From the human T2T-CHM13v2.0 reference genome, Homo sapiens: 64,000 nucleotides of DNA. Positions 46,893 to 61,467 of this stretch are shown one piece after another (the first letter of the stretch is position 1; each line of letters starts with the position of its first letter). Position numbers and translations under genes: made by a program. The DNA is taken from NCBI RefSeq assembly GCF_009914755.1, contig NC_060941.1; one strand, written 5' to 3'. A model generated the notes under the pieces. It saw only the letters and a list, made by a program, of their open reading frames with translations. It had not been told where the DNA came from and searched no databases.

Positions 46893-47179
46893 CTCGACAC
46901 AAACAAAAGGGGTGTGAATGACACAGCAGATGGGCAGTGCCATGAGCAGGTGGGCTCATTCCCAGCCACCAGCCTCGCTCCCTGGGAAGCCACCCAAGGG
47001 CTCTCAGCAGCAGCTGGGTGCAGGATGGGAGCCCAGACCCCTTCTCCTGCCCTGGGCCCACTCGGGCACGTATGACCGAAGCTGCTTTTCTCCTTTCTCA
47101 TGGTGGGGAGGCGCCGATCGCCCGTGGCCCAGCCTCCCAAGCCCTGGCTGCCAGGGCACGTCACCGAGGCAGCTCTGAC

Positions 47180-47344
47180 CTTCTCCTCGATCTCGCTGGC
47201 TGTGTGCTTGGTGGTCTCCAGATTCTCCACCAAGGCCGTGTCTCCCAGAAAGTTCCCCGACGCAGCCGACAGACGGGCCAGGAGCGAATCTTCCAGCTCT
47301 TTCAGAACAATCTTAAATTCGTTTTGAGACTTGGTGAGGTTTGC
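47180..47344 (-). CDS. DNAH17: DNAH17 ex67
   Basis: 165 nt; [22 protein letters not shown]...SEIEEK. Confidence 0.96.
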
Positions 47345-47966
47345 CTGCAAGGGGAGGTGCAGGAGTCACTGCATTGCCTGGCTCTGTCCACCGGGCACCC
47401 GGGCCTCCCTCAGGTGGCCATGTAGCTGAGCCAAGGCCCAGGCTTTGAGCGGGAGGAACGAGCTCAGGTCCTGGAAGGGGCTGCAGAAGCAGAGCCCCTG
47501 GAACCTCAGAGAGGCCCTGGCCCTGCTCCCAGCCTTGAGGCTTCCTGTCACGGAGACTGTAGGGGGCAGAACGGGGACAGGCGGGCCTGGGCCTCCTGAG
47601 CCCATGCAAGTGGCTATAACAGCCAGAAATGTGGCAGGTGCAAGGGCTGGCAGCCAGGCCATTCTTGCAGGGCAGCGCTTTGGAGCTTAGAGCCCCCGAG
47701 GACCGCTGTGACTCATGTTCTTTAAGCAAAGAGGTCATGTGACTTAGAATTAAATTTGGGAGCAGGAAGAGGGGACAGCTGGGGAAGGAAATGAGCCATC
47801 CTGTCGTATGAGAAGCTGTGATGCCGTGGGACACACTGAGGCACCTTCAGAGAGAAGCAACGACACACACTGGACTGGCAGCCCTGGTCGGGGACCCTCA
47901 CAGTGACCTGGCCCCCTCTGTGTGGGACGGCACCTCCTCCCGTGTGACCAAACTTCAGGCCATTAC

Positions 47967-48171
47967 CTTCAGCTGTTCCAGATCTGGGCGCTCTTTGGCC
48001 ACCACAGCGGCCAAGAGTTGGTCCTCGAGTCCATCCCTGGTGACCAGGAAGTTGATGAGGGTGCACTGAGCCTGCATCTCTGGCTTGTAGTGTGGGTTGA
48101 AGTACTTGGTGTGTAGGATCAGGCGGAACTTGGGGTGGTACTCCACCTCCTTGTCACCGATCTTAATGTAC
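47967..48171 (-). CDS. DNAH17: DNAH17 ex66 (AAA5)
   Basis: 205 nt; [28 protein letters not shown]...GLEDQLL...ERPDLEQLK. Confidence 0.96.
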
Positions 48172-48805
48172 CTGGCGGTTGGTGGAGGAAAGGGTTAGTG
48201 GGCCTCCCAGTGACCAGGGGAGAGGAACACAAGTACAGACCACCTTTCACCCCAGCCCCAGGCCAGGCCGCCACCTTGAACCCTCCCTTCTGGTCCCTGG
48301 AAGAGCACTGCACCTCTCCTTGTCTGTTCCTCCTCCCTGGCCTGTGACGTGGGCCCTTCTGGGAGATGCACCTGCTCTTTCCTTGGGTGATCAGGCTCAT
48401 CTTTGCAGCAGGGTTTACACCCCTCTGGCGATACTCTGTCCTCCCCTGGGAGCCCTGACCGAAACCTTCTGCTTGGCCTCCACCCAGACTCATTTACAAC
48501 ATTCGTCCATTCTGGAAGCTCCCAGGACTGCAACCCTGGGTCTGCTCATCCACTGTGGGGGGCGCTTCTCTCCGGCTCTACACCCTGCTGTCCCCTCTTT
48601 GTAGCTGGGCTCACTTTGAGGGGCCTCTGGCTAGCTTCACCCCTCAGCACTCACACCAGGCCCCTCCCAGAGTCTAGGACCTCTGCATATTGATTTGCCA
48701 CCTCCTGGGTTCTGGGTTTCTGCATGCATCTCTGCATTTAAAGGTGGCTCCTGTCAGCTCTGACATTTACATTTTTAAAGTAGATTTAATTTTTTAAAAT
48801 TGTAA

Positions 48806-49530
<725 letters not shown>

Positions 49531-49843
49531 GGTAATGCAGTCCCAAGATTTGCAAAATGCCTAAGAACAGAATGAAGACAGACATCACCTTCAAGCCTCC
49601 CCATCTGGAGGCCATCACTGATAAAATGTTGGCGGAGATATTCCTAATTGGGAAGTGGCCCCTCTTTCCAGTCTTTCCTCAGGAGCTGGGGGTTCCTTCC
49701 CACCAGCAGGCACTTTGTCAAAGCCCTTGCTGCTTACCAGGGAAGCAAAGGAAATTCCGGGCGTTTTCTCTACATGCACACGCCCAGGCCTCGGGCCTGA
49801 AGATGTTTACCTGGCTCAAGCCACGGAGGCGGAAACAACTCAC

Positions 49844-49966
49844 TTTCCCTTTTTAATCGTGTTCCTGCCCAGTAGAGGGTCCAGCACGGGGTCCACGGTT
49901 TCGCCGATGTTCTCAATGAGCAACGTGTCCCCTTCCGAGATGGCCTGCTCGATGACATCCAGGTAG
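49844..49966 (-). CDS. DNAH17: DNAH17 ex65 (AAA5)
   Basis: 123 nt; [40 protein letters not shown]. Confidence 0.96.
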
Positions 49967-50195
49967 CTGCGGGCACAACACGGAAGCTGGTTCATGGCAG
50001 AGGGCCTCGTGATGGAACGGTGCGCACGCTCCGACCAGCAGCCCCTGCCCTCTGAGCGAGACAGCGCCAAGCGAGGGGTGACCTAGGAGCCCACAACTTG
50101 TTCCCAACAGCTCGCCCTTTCCTGAAAGGAGCCGAGGGGCTTCTTTGTAAACTGCCCCCGTGCTCTTATGGGAGTGGAGATGAAAATGGAAACAG

Positions 50196-50524
<329 letters not shown>

Positions 50525-50970
50525 TAGCTTTATGGCCACAGAGACAAATGTTTTCATATCCACCCGCCATTGGATTTTCCAGCACCGCTAGGAAGCAGGG
50601 CATCACTGTACCTGTGTCGTTATAGCCATTGTTTCTCAACTGTGATGAGAATACAGACCACGAGACCCAGGAACATGACCAGCCTCAAACCTCCCAGCCA
50701 GCAAATGGCCAAGCGGGAGGCAACCCCAGGCCTGAGCCTCCGTCTCACTCTCCTTTCCCTGCAGGAGCAGCAGGTGATGGGGACAGGGGAAGGGAAAAGA
50801 GCTCCTCATTTCATTCTTTACTACTGCTGCTGTTCCCCAGGCCAGATTTAAAACCTGTGGGCTAGTACTTGTATTGAAAGACCCACCCATCCATTGAACC
50901 AATATGGAATGCCTAAGGCGTGCTTCCAAGCAGAGCCGGGCTTCGGCCCAGGTCCTGCGCCCGCACACAC

Positions 50971-51206
50971 CTCTTCTGTCCCAGGCGGATGGCTTTCAGT
51001 TCACTCCTGTATTTGTTTTTGATCCACTTGATTCCTTGGAGCTGGGCGTCCACGATCAGCGGCCACCGCTCGGTGTTGCCCAGGATGGTGGCATTCTCGG
51101 TGGACATGCGGTCGCTGGGGAGGCCCTGGTTGTTCCAGGTGGCCACGTCCGCGTCATCTGTCAGCAGGCTCAAGGGATCCAGGCCATTCGTGATCGGGAT
51201 GGGGAC
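50971..51206 (-). CDS. DNAH17: DNAH17 ex64 (AAA5)
   Basis: 236 nt; [11 protein letters not shown]...[16 protein letters not shown]...[17 protein letters not shown]. Confidence 0.96.
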
Positions 51207-51415
51207 CTGCCCAGGGAGGCACACTTTCTTAGAGGGGGTAATGCGACCTTATTACTTACTAGAAAATAGCTCTCCAAATAATGCTCTGTCTGGTGCTGCG
51301 GTTAGGGGTGGACCAGCAGGACGACCTGGGAGAAGCCAGCCATTTCCATCACTCTGGACAGAGCAGCTTTGTAACTCGGCCAGAAACGATGTCAGCACAG
51401 CAACACCGGGCCACG

Positions 51416-52125
<710 letters not shown>

Positions 52126-52143
52126 CAGGACTCCACTCCTTAC

Positions 52144-52336
52144 CTTTAAGTTATGTATGTAAGGGATCCAGAATTTCTCCATCAGCTCATTCCGGTATTT
52201 CTTGGTGAAGTAGCCCACGTAGGACACGAAGGCAGAGATGAGCAGGACGTCCCCACACAGCGTGACCCCCTGGCTCCTGAAGTTCTCCACAGACTCAGCC
52301 CAGCGGATGTTTTCCGATGCTAATCCCCCGACCAGC
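52144..52336 (-). CDS. DNAH17: DNAH17 ex63
   Basis: 193 nt; LVGGLASENIRW...GDVLLISAFVSYVGYFT...HNLK. Confidence 0.96.
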
Positions 52337-52517
52337 CTGAAGTGGGATGAGAGAGAATAAAACATATTTGCACAAGTGAGGGGACTGGACCAGACAAGCC
52401 TCCACCTCTGCACCTCTGTGAATCTTCAGAGTTTCCCGTCTGCACCTGGCTCAGTGGCTCAATGATGAAAATGCTTTTGGGAGGAAATGCTTTAGAGAAG
52501 CCCGAATCATGCTTTGT

Positions 52518-52836
52518 GGCCGGGCGTGGTGGTCATGCCTGCAATCCCAGCACTTTGGGAGGCTGAGGCGGGTGGATCACTTGAGGTCAGGGGGTCGAGA
52601 CCAGCCTGGCCAATATGGTGAAACCCCGTCTCTATTAAAAATACAAAAATTAGCCAGGCGTGGTGGCCCATGCCTGTAATCCCAGCTATTCAAGAAGCCG
52701 AGGCGGGAGAATTGCTTGAACCCGGGAGGCGGAGGTTGCAGGGAGCCGAGATTGGGCCACTGCATTCCAGCCTGGGTAACAGAGCAAGACTTCATCTCAA
52801 AACAAAAACAAAAACAAAAAATAAAACAAACAAAAA
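52518..52836 (+). mobile_element. AluS
   Basis: Alu consensus. Confidence 0.9.
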
Positions 52837-53575
52837 ACTCCTTGGCAGCCCTTAGGAATGCTGTGTTTCCTCTTCCCAAGTCACCCGCATTGACACCCAA
52901 GTTGCCCACATTGACACCCGGCTATGGCTGATGCCATTTGATTGCCTCTCTCCTGTGCTGAAGATGCTGCCAGATACCACAGAGCACTGTCTCGACCAGC
53001 TGGTGACAGAGCCCGGGTGAGGACCACGGTGGCCACAGAACAATGTGGCATCCAGAAGGCACCTGGCCCTGCATGGAATGGGGACTCCACGATGCGCCTC
53101 GTGCTTCTCGGGCCACCATCTTGAGGACTGGTCCCTAACCCTCAGAGGCACACCACGGGTCTGAAAGTGTTGGCATGTTTGTTGCAAGTCCAGGTTGCCT
53201 GTTAGAGCCACTGAGGGTCTGTCTGTGGCACCATCTGAGCAGCCCTTACTTCCCAGTGACCTAGAGACCATTTCGATTTGGCAGGTGAGGTTAAATCCCT
53301 CATACCCGGGGCACCACCCTGAAGACCAGCCTCATGCAGCCTGGGGCACTCACAGCTGACAACTGGCCCATCAGTGGCAGCCACCCACTTGGGAGGAGAA
53401 AACACAGCTTGCAGGCCTGGAACAGACTCAGCCCCAGGCTCTGCTGAGGCTCCGGGTGCTCCCCTGTGAGAACAGGAAAGGCACACTCCCCTGTTGTTCA
53501 GCAGGCAGCTGCCAGCCCTGGGGCTCCCAAACACTGGGACCACGGCAGGTCTGCTCTGAGATGTGCTCTGTGTTA

Positions 53576-54690
<1,115 letters not shown>

Positions 54691-55063
54691 CGCTACTCTG
54701 GAGCCCCAAACCATGATGTAATCCGTGAAATGACTGTCCACTGGCTGCGAAAGGATCCTGGAAGCCACGTGGTGGCTGAAAGTGGGTTATGACCGAGTAA
54801 TGCCCCGGATCAAGCCCCGTGGGACCCAGTGTCCCAGGCCAGTGTGGGTTACTTGGAACCACGCGACAGGGCATATTTTGTGGAGGCCACTGACTATGCA
54901 AGAGGCCAAGTTTTATCCTAATTACTTTGAGCTCAAGAAGTGAAAGTGGCAACCTGGCTGCTTCCACCTGGGCTCCCTCCTCTTCCTCCCAAGGCAGTTG
55001 TGTGGGCTTGTCCCTTTCAGGGGGTCTGAGAGCAGGAGGGTGGTCTCGGGGAGGAGCTGATAC

Positions 55064-55179
55064 CTGTTCGCCAGTAAGATCACCCTGTTCGTGGCATCGG
55101 CCTCTTGCTGACACTTGATTTTCTCAGCTGTTGCTTTTTCAAACGCTGAGGTTAGGTTGCTCAGGTTGGCGTTAAGTTC
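55064..55179 (-). CDS. DNAH17: DNAH17 ex62 (stalk coiled coil)
   Basis: 116 nt; [20 protein letters not shown]...ILLAN. Confidence 0.95.
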
Positions 55180-55499
55180 CTGCAAAACCAAGTTGGAAAG
55201 CTGCTGGAAAACCCCACGAGGCATCTCTAGCCCCCTGCAGCGGCAGCAGGGCTGGGCCCTGTGAGCGCTGAGCGTGGAAGAGGCTCCCACAAAGGCTGAG
55301 AGCCCTCTGGAGCATGGAGGCTAAGGACACCAAGCGGCTCCCGGCACCATCTGGCCCCTGCCTCTGCCTGCATCCTCTTGCACTGCTGAATAATTCATGA
55401 CGGCGGGCCGTGCCAACCCATTTTCAACAGAGGTATTGACTGGCAGCGCGAGCAAGCGGCTCTGGTGTTTCGCAGGGACGGGAGCGAGCCGGCACTTAC

Positions 55500-55707
55500 G
55501 GCAATCTTGTTTTTGATCCGGGACAGCTTCTCTTGTGCCTCTGCCAGCTCTGCATTAGCCTCCTCCAGTGCCTGCCTCTTGGGCGCCACGTCGCAGTAGA
55601 CCTCGTAGAAGCGGACGATGTTGATGCACCAGGAGCACAGGCCGGCGGCGGCCGTGGACTTGGAGCGGATGAACTCGGGGTCGAACGTCGGGTTGCCTTG
55701 GTAGGGC
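55500..55707 (-). CDS. DNAH17: DNAH17 ex61 (MTBD/stalk)
   Basis: 208 nt; [44 protein letters not shown]...KNKIA. Confidence 0.96.
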
Positions 55708-56282
55708 CTAGCGAGGGAACCAGAGGGCCGGAGTCGTCACCCTGTCCTGCTCTGGCAAAACGGGCCCAGAGAAGCTGAGTGTCTTGCCCAGGGTGGCACA
55801 GCTCTGGAGGGGCAGCGCTGGGATTCACACAGTCAGGCTGGCCCTAGAGGCCACCCCCCACCGGCTCTGCTCTCCCACTCCCATTACCCCACAGTGGCAT
55901 TGCCCAGTTTTCCAAGTCGGGCACCAGGAGACTGAAACTATAAGGTTAGAGGGATGAGATGCAGACGAGATGACGTGGCAGGTGTTACATTTTGGGGACG
56001 GTATTCGTGTGTGCAATGCATGTGCTCGTGTGGTCAGCTGCTCTCACAGGTGCTGCTGACCTCTGTGGGGCCTGGCTGGCCTCTCTCTCAGACCTGTAGC
56101 CTGAAGGTTCCCGCTGCTGAGCTTGTCAGCTGTGTTCTTGGGGTGCTGTATGGGGAAGGGGCTGCCTAGATTTTGAGCCACAGGCCCCAAGAGCCTGAGG
56201 CCATGCTTCACCTCAGCATCGTGCCTTGGCCTGATGGAGAATCGGAGGGAAGCCCCGGCTACGAGGCCCAGCCCCGACTCAC

Positions 56283-56500
56283 TTGAAGGCCTTCAGGCAG
56301 GCCTCAGGGATGTGCTCCTTGTCGAACTTCTTCAGGGAGTCTAGGAAGGTGTCCACCTTGCCCATCATGATCTTGGCCGCCTTCCAGCTCTTGTCCTTGG
56401 GGATCTTGCCCCCAGGTGCGGTCAGAATCATGACGGCGGCGGTGACGTTGACCACAGCATCCGGCGGGGACCCAAAGGACTTCAGCTCTGTCAGGTTGTT
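56283..56500 (-). CDS. DNAH17: DNAH17 ex60 (microtubule-binding domain)
   Basis: 218 nt; [19 protein letters not shown]...KDKSWKAAK...LKAF. Confidence 0.96.
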
Positions 56501-56660
56501 CTGCAAATGACAGACGGGATGGGTCCGATGGGAGTTTGGACCGGGTCCTCGGTGATGCCCCGAAGAAGCCGCCATGAGTGTGTCACCACCCACGCCAACA
56601 GCGAAGGCAGCTTCCTCTCCAACCAGGCCAGGGGTCCCCTTTCTTTCCCTCCCCCTTTAC

Positions 56661-56756
56661 CTTATTCAGAGTGTCCAGAGCCTCCTGGGCTGCCAGCAGG
56701 GCCGGTTCTGCTTTGGCCAGGTCTGTTTCACAGGCCTTTTGCTTCTCAGTGACGTT
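56661..56756 (-). CDS. DNAH17: DNAH17 ex59
   Basis: 96 nt; NVTEKQKACETDLAKAEPALLAAQEALDTLNK. Confidence 0.95.
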
Positions 56757-56814
56757 CTGGAAGGAAGACGGACAGGAGAGGTTACTGCAGGCCTGTCCAT
56801 GTGCCTGTGGGGGC

Positions 56815-56972
56815 GTGTACGTGCATGTGTGTGCATGTGTGTGCATGTGTGTGCATGTGTGTGCATGTGTGTGCATGTATGCACGTGCATGAGTGTATGT
56901 GTGCATATATGTGCATGAGTGTATGTGTGTGCATGTATGTGTATGTGCATCCATGTGCATATGTGCATGTGT
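56815..56972. repeat. (GTGCATGTGT)n alternating purine-pyrimidine repeat
   Basis: 10-bp unit that decays distally. Confidence 0.92.
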
Positions 56973-58062
56973 AGGCAGCAGTGGTGAGGGGCGGCCCAGG
57001 CCCCAGCAGGTCTGAGCTCCATAAGAGAGGCTGCCCCTCCGGCCACCACTCATTTGCTGTATTTGCTGAATGTGCTCCTTTGCCGACATCCCTGTGTGTG
57101 TGCTTGGCCCCTGTCTGGAGCCCACCTTCCTCCCTGACGCCTCTACTCTGCCCCACAACGCTCAGGTCAGAATGAGCAATGCCTCGACAGTTGGGTGGGA
57201 TTCTGGAATGGGAACTGTTCCTTCTATCGGCTTGAGCTTCCAAGACTGGAGGGGAAATCCGGGGGCCACTGAGACCGCCTTGACTTTGCAGTCTTATTGT
57301 TTCTGGGGCTGTTTCATAATCCATCCAAAATGGAACGTCTCAGAGTGTATAGCTCACACCCCTCTAAGAAAGTAGCACCTCCTTCATTCATGCACATACT
57401 CATTCATTCACTCAGGAGACAGTGGGCCATGACTAGAACGCTCTTCAATAATTACACAGATGTAGGACTGATGACAAAAAAAGCACCCAGGGAGGGGTCA
57501 TGAGAAGCTGCTCCAATGATGCTGTAACCTTCAGGCTCCAAAGATGATGAAGACGCTCCCGCTAAGCCGTGGTTCTCAACCTCAGCCACCCCCAACCAGC
57601 AAGGAGCCCACCCCCAGGCCAGTAACGTCCTACCCTCTCGGGGGGGGCCCGGAGCCGCACGTCTGAGGACCAGGCTCCAGTGAGGTCTTCTCAACCCCTC
57701 CCATGCTCACGGATCGCGGGCATTTCGTTACCATGCAGGCCCCATTGAGCAGAGCTGAGCTGGAGCCCGAGAGCCTGCATTTCTCACAAGCTTCTGGTGA
57801 GGCTGCCGCTGTAGGCTGGGGGCTGAACATGGAGGAGCTCGGCCACGGGATGGGAGTTTTCTAAGGAAAGCCTGCTTCTGAGCGGGGGCCCTCCCCTGGG
57901 AGAGACTCCTTCGGGGGTCCCACTGGTTTAGGAACCTTGTCCTTCTATGTAAGTCTCAGCCTTTCCCACGCCTGTCGGTGGCACCTGACCACACGGGGAA
58001 GCCCAGGAGGCCTGGCCAGTGCAGCAGCCTTCCTGAAGGCACGCTGGGCTGCCTTCACCTAC

Positions 58063-58227
58063 CTTATTGATGACCTCGACCTTGACTTCTTCCTGGTCAG
58101 CAATGGCCTTCTCTTTGCTGACCTTCTCGGCCTCGATGCCGACCACCTGGATCAGTTGGTCTGCGCTCTCATTCTTCTGCTTGAGCTCAGCCTCCTGAAT
58201 CGCCAACTTGGCTTTCAAATCATCCAC
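58063..58227 (-). CDS. DNAH17: DNAH17 ex58 (stalk coiled coil)
   Basis: 165 nt; VDDLKAKLAIQEAELKQKNESAD...EVINK. Confidence 0.96.
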
Positions 58228-58488
58228 CTGGGGAAGGAGAAACCGAGAAACAGCAAGTGTGGGCCGCAGCCGACACACGCCGCCCTGCACTGGGCAGACG
58301 AGGGCTGGGAGCCACAGAGGGGCAGAACGGCAGGGCCGTGTCTTACCACTCCCAGTGACTCGTTTTGGAGAGTCTTTTCAATATCTTAAAAGTAAGTTAT
58401 AAACCCTGACTGCGTACACAGGGTCACAAGTATGAGACATTCCTGGTGCTCAAAGGAGTTGGCAAGGTGACTGAATAGAAACATATCA

Positions 58489-58893
<405 letters not shown>

Positions 58894-59362
58894 TCAATGG
58901 TGGGCAATAAAGATGAAGGAGCCGGGACTGCACGATGGAGGAGGTCTGAAGCAGGCAGAACCCTTCAAGATCCATACGGTGTGGAGGAAAGGATCCAGGG
59001 AGGTTTTTGAGCCAGGCCCCATGGTATGAATGGTATTTACGAATGAACAAATGCATTTGTATTGACTGCATTGGGCATGATGATCAAATCTCACCCGACA
59101 TGGGGCAGGTGCCATCCCCTGTGTAATGCGCCCTCCATACAATCAACATTGTGAAAGCATTTTGAGTCTGTTTTTTGTTACGACAAGTATACTAACTCTG
59201 GCCTAGGAGTAAATGCTTCTCAAAGGCAGGAAGCGTGCTCATCTTACTTTAGGCAGTGCTGAGCCCCAGTGTGACCAGCCCGTGGATGCCTGTGACAGTA
59301 GCAGCTCCTGCGAGGCCTCCAGGGAACGGCACAGGAGCTGGCAGCCAGCCCCCCTCTCCTAC

Positions 59363-59596
59363 CTGGGAAGCCGTGCTCTGCAGCTTCATCAGGCCGTTCT
59401 CCAGCCTCTCGATTTTGGCAACAAGTTCCGTTCTCTTCTTGGCCAGCAGGTTCTGGTACAGTTTGATCTGCTCCAGAAAGGTTTTGGGTGTGGTGTAGTT
59501 GTAGCGCCTCTCAGTAGCCAGGTATACCCTGGACATCTCGTTGACGGTGGTGTGCACGTAGGACATGAAGAAGCTGATGGAGGCCTTGACTTCCCA
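59363..59596 (-). CDS. DNAH17: DNAH17 ex57
   Basis: 234 nt; [15 protein letters not shown]...[13 protein letters not shown]...[15 protein letters not shown]. Confidence 0.96.
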
Positions 59597-59844
59597 CTAC
59601 AAAGATGAGACAGCCAGTCATCCCTGGGACCCCATCCTGCAAATCAGCAAAGTGGGGCTCCCCAGACTCACCAGGGGCCCTGGACAAGGTGCCCTGAGAC
59701 CGCTCTCAACCTCAGTGTCTTCAACTGCCCAAAGGGGCTCCTGAGAGCAACAGATCCTGGGGCCCTTGTGAGCACTGCACCATGGAAGGGTTTAGCTCAG
59801 CGCACAGGACACAGCAGAGCTTATTATCATTATCTCTGACACAC

Positions 59845-60150
59845 AGACGCATACATGCACACACATGCATACACACACACGTATATGTGCACATTCACAT
59901 ACCTGCATATATACGCGTGCACACGCATTCACATACCTGCATATATACACGTGCATACGCATTCACATACCTGTATATATACACGTGCATACGCATTCAC
60001 ATACCTGTATATATACACGTGCATATGCATTCACATACCTGCATATGTACACGTGCACATGCATTCACATACCTGCACATATACACATGCACACACATTC
60101 ACATACCTGCCTATATGCACGTGCATGTGCATTCACATACCTGCATACCT
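59845..60150. repeat. 34-bp minisatellite (8 units) with a CA-rich lead-in
   Basis: CATTCACATACCTG recurs at 59892, 59926, 59960, 59994, 60028, 60062, 60096 and 60130. Confidence 0.95.
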
Positions 60151-60782
60151 GAAAAAGTACAAGGCTGAGAATGTGTTTTCATATCCCAGGTAATTCTGCA
60201 AATATTTATTGTTCATTACCAAGGCTGGGTCCTGGGATTTAGAACTTCTTTCCCCAGCCCTCTGGGCCTGCCCACCTACCTGAACGCAGGCACTGGGAGC
60301 TTTGCCCCAGAAATTGTCTCAGCAATGTTAATTTTAATTCAGGACATTTTGAAAAGTAATGAATTCATCCAACACAGACATTTCAGGGTATATATATATA
60401 GTGCTGGTGGTGGGGCCAATGCCTGTTTCTAGGAAGTCTCTGCCTTGGGAACTAGAAACCCAAATCTATGCTCCAAGGGACACCTTTGAACTGCAGAGTT
60501 CCTGGGAGTGGCCAGTCTCATAAATGAATGCTCTAATGGCAAGTAGGCTCTTTTTCCCATCTTTAAAAACTAGGAAAAAGAGAAGCTAGTTTCAGGTTTA
60601 TTCTGTCCTACTTAATAACTGGATATGTGTTCAAAAGAAACAAGAGATGGTAATAAAGGGAGGTTTATTCCAAGGGCTGCTCATCCCCCCTACTGAGTTG
60701 GTCAAAAGTGAGCCAGGGTTTATGGGTAATTTCCAGGCAAGCATTGAGCTCAAACAGTGAACATGGGCGCCATCTTTCACTG

Positions 60783-61080
60783 TTTTTTGTTTTTTTGAGA
60801 TGGAGTCTTGCTCTATTGCCCAGGCTAGAGTGCAGTGGCACAATCTTGGCTTACTGAAACTTCCGCCTCCCGGGTTCAAGTGATTCTCCTGCCTTAGCCT
60901 CTGGAGTAGCTAGGATTACAGGCATGCACCACCACACCCGGCTAATTTTTTATATTTTTGGTAGAGATGGGGTTTCACCATGTTGGCCAGGCTGATCTCG
61001 AACTCCTGACCTCAAGTGATCTGCCCGCTTTGGCCCCCCAAAGTGCTGGGATTATAGGCGTGAGCCACTGCCCCCAGCCC
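60783..61080 (-). mobile_element. AluS
   Basis: Full Alu; GGC(G/A)CCATCTTTCA on both flanks. Confidence 0.9.
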
Positions 61081-61467
61081 TCGGCACCATCTTTCAATGA
61101 AAAGAGACTGCAAGAGAATGTCGGACCCGTCTTTCCTCTGAGGTGCACAAGGCAATGGTGTGTGCCCTTGTGTATACTTATTCCAGCAAATACAGGCTTT
61201 CCAGCCAAGTGCTCGAGGCAAGGCAGAAAGCCTGAGTCGCCCGATCTGTCCGCACGCTGCATGTCCTCAGCCTTCCTGAACTGGCCCTGGAGCCTTGGCT
61301 GCGCCGGGGCTGATTGGAAACCACCCCTCCCTGGCACAGGATTGCAGGACAATGAAACAAAAAAACCCAACAGTCCACCTTGGTTTACAATTCTGATGAT
61401 TTGTTCATCATGAATTTTTTAGCGCTAATTTGATTTTCAAAAATATTACATTAAAACCTCACTTATC

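Noticed and set aside
59892-60150. Regular 14-nt motif at a 34-nt period, superficially CRISPR-like
   Set aside because: The spacers are near-identical, the context is a eukaryotic intron, and there are no cas genes; it is a minisatellite.
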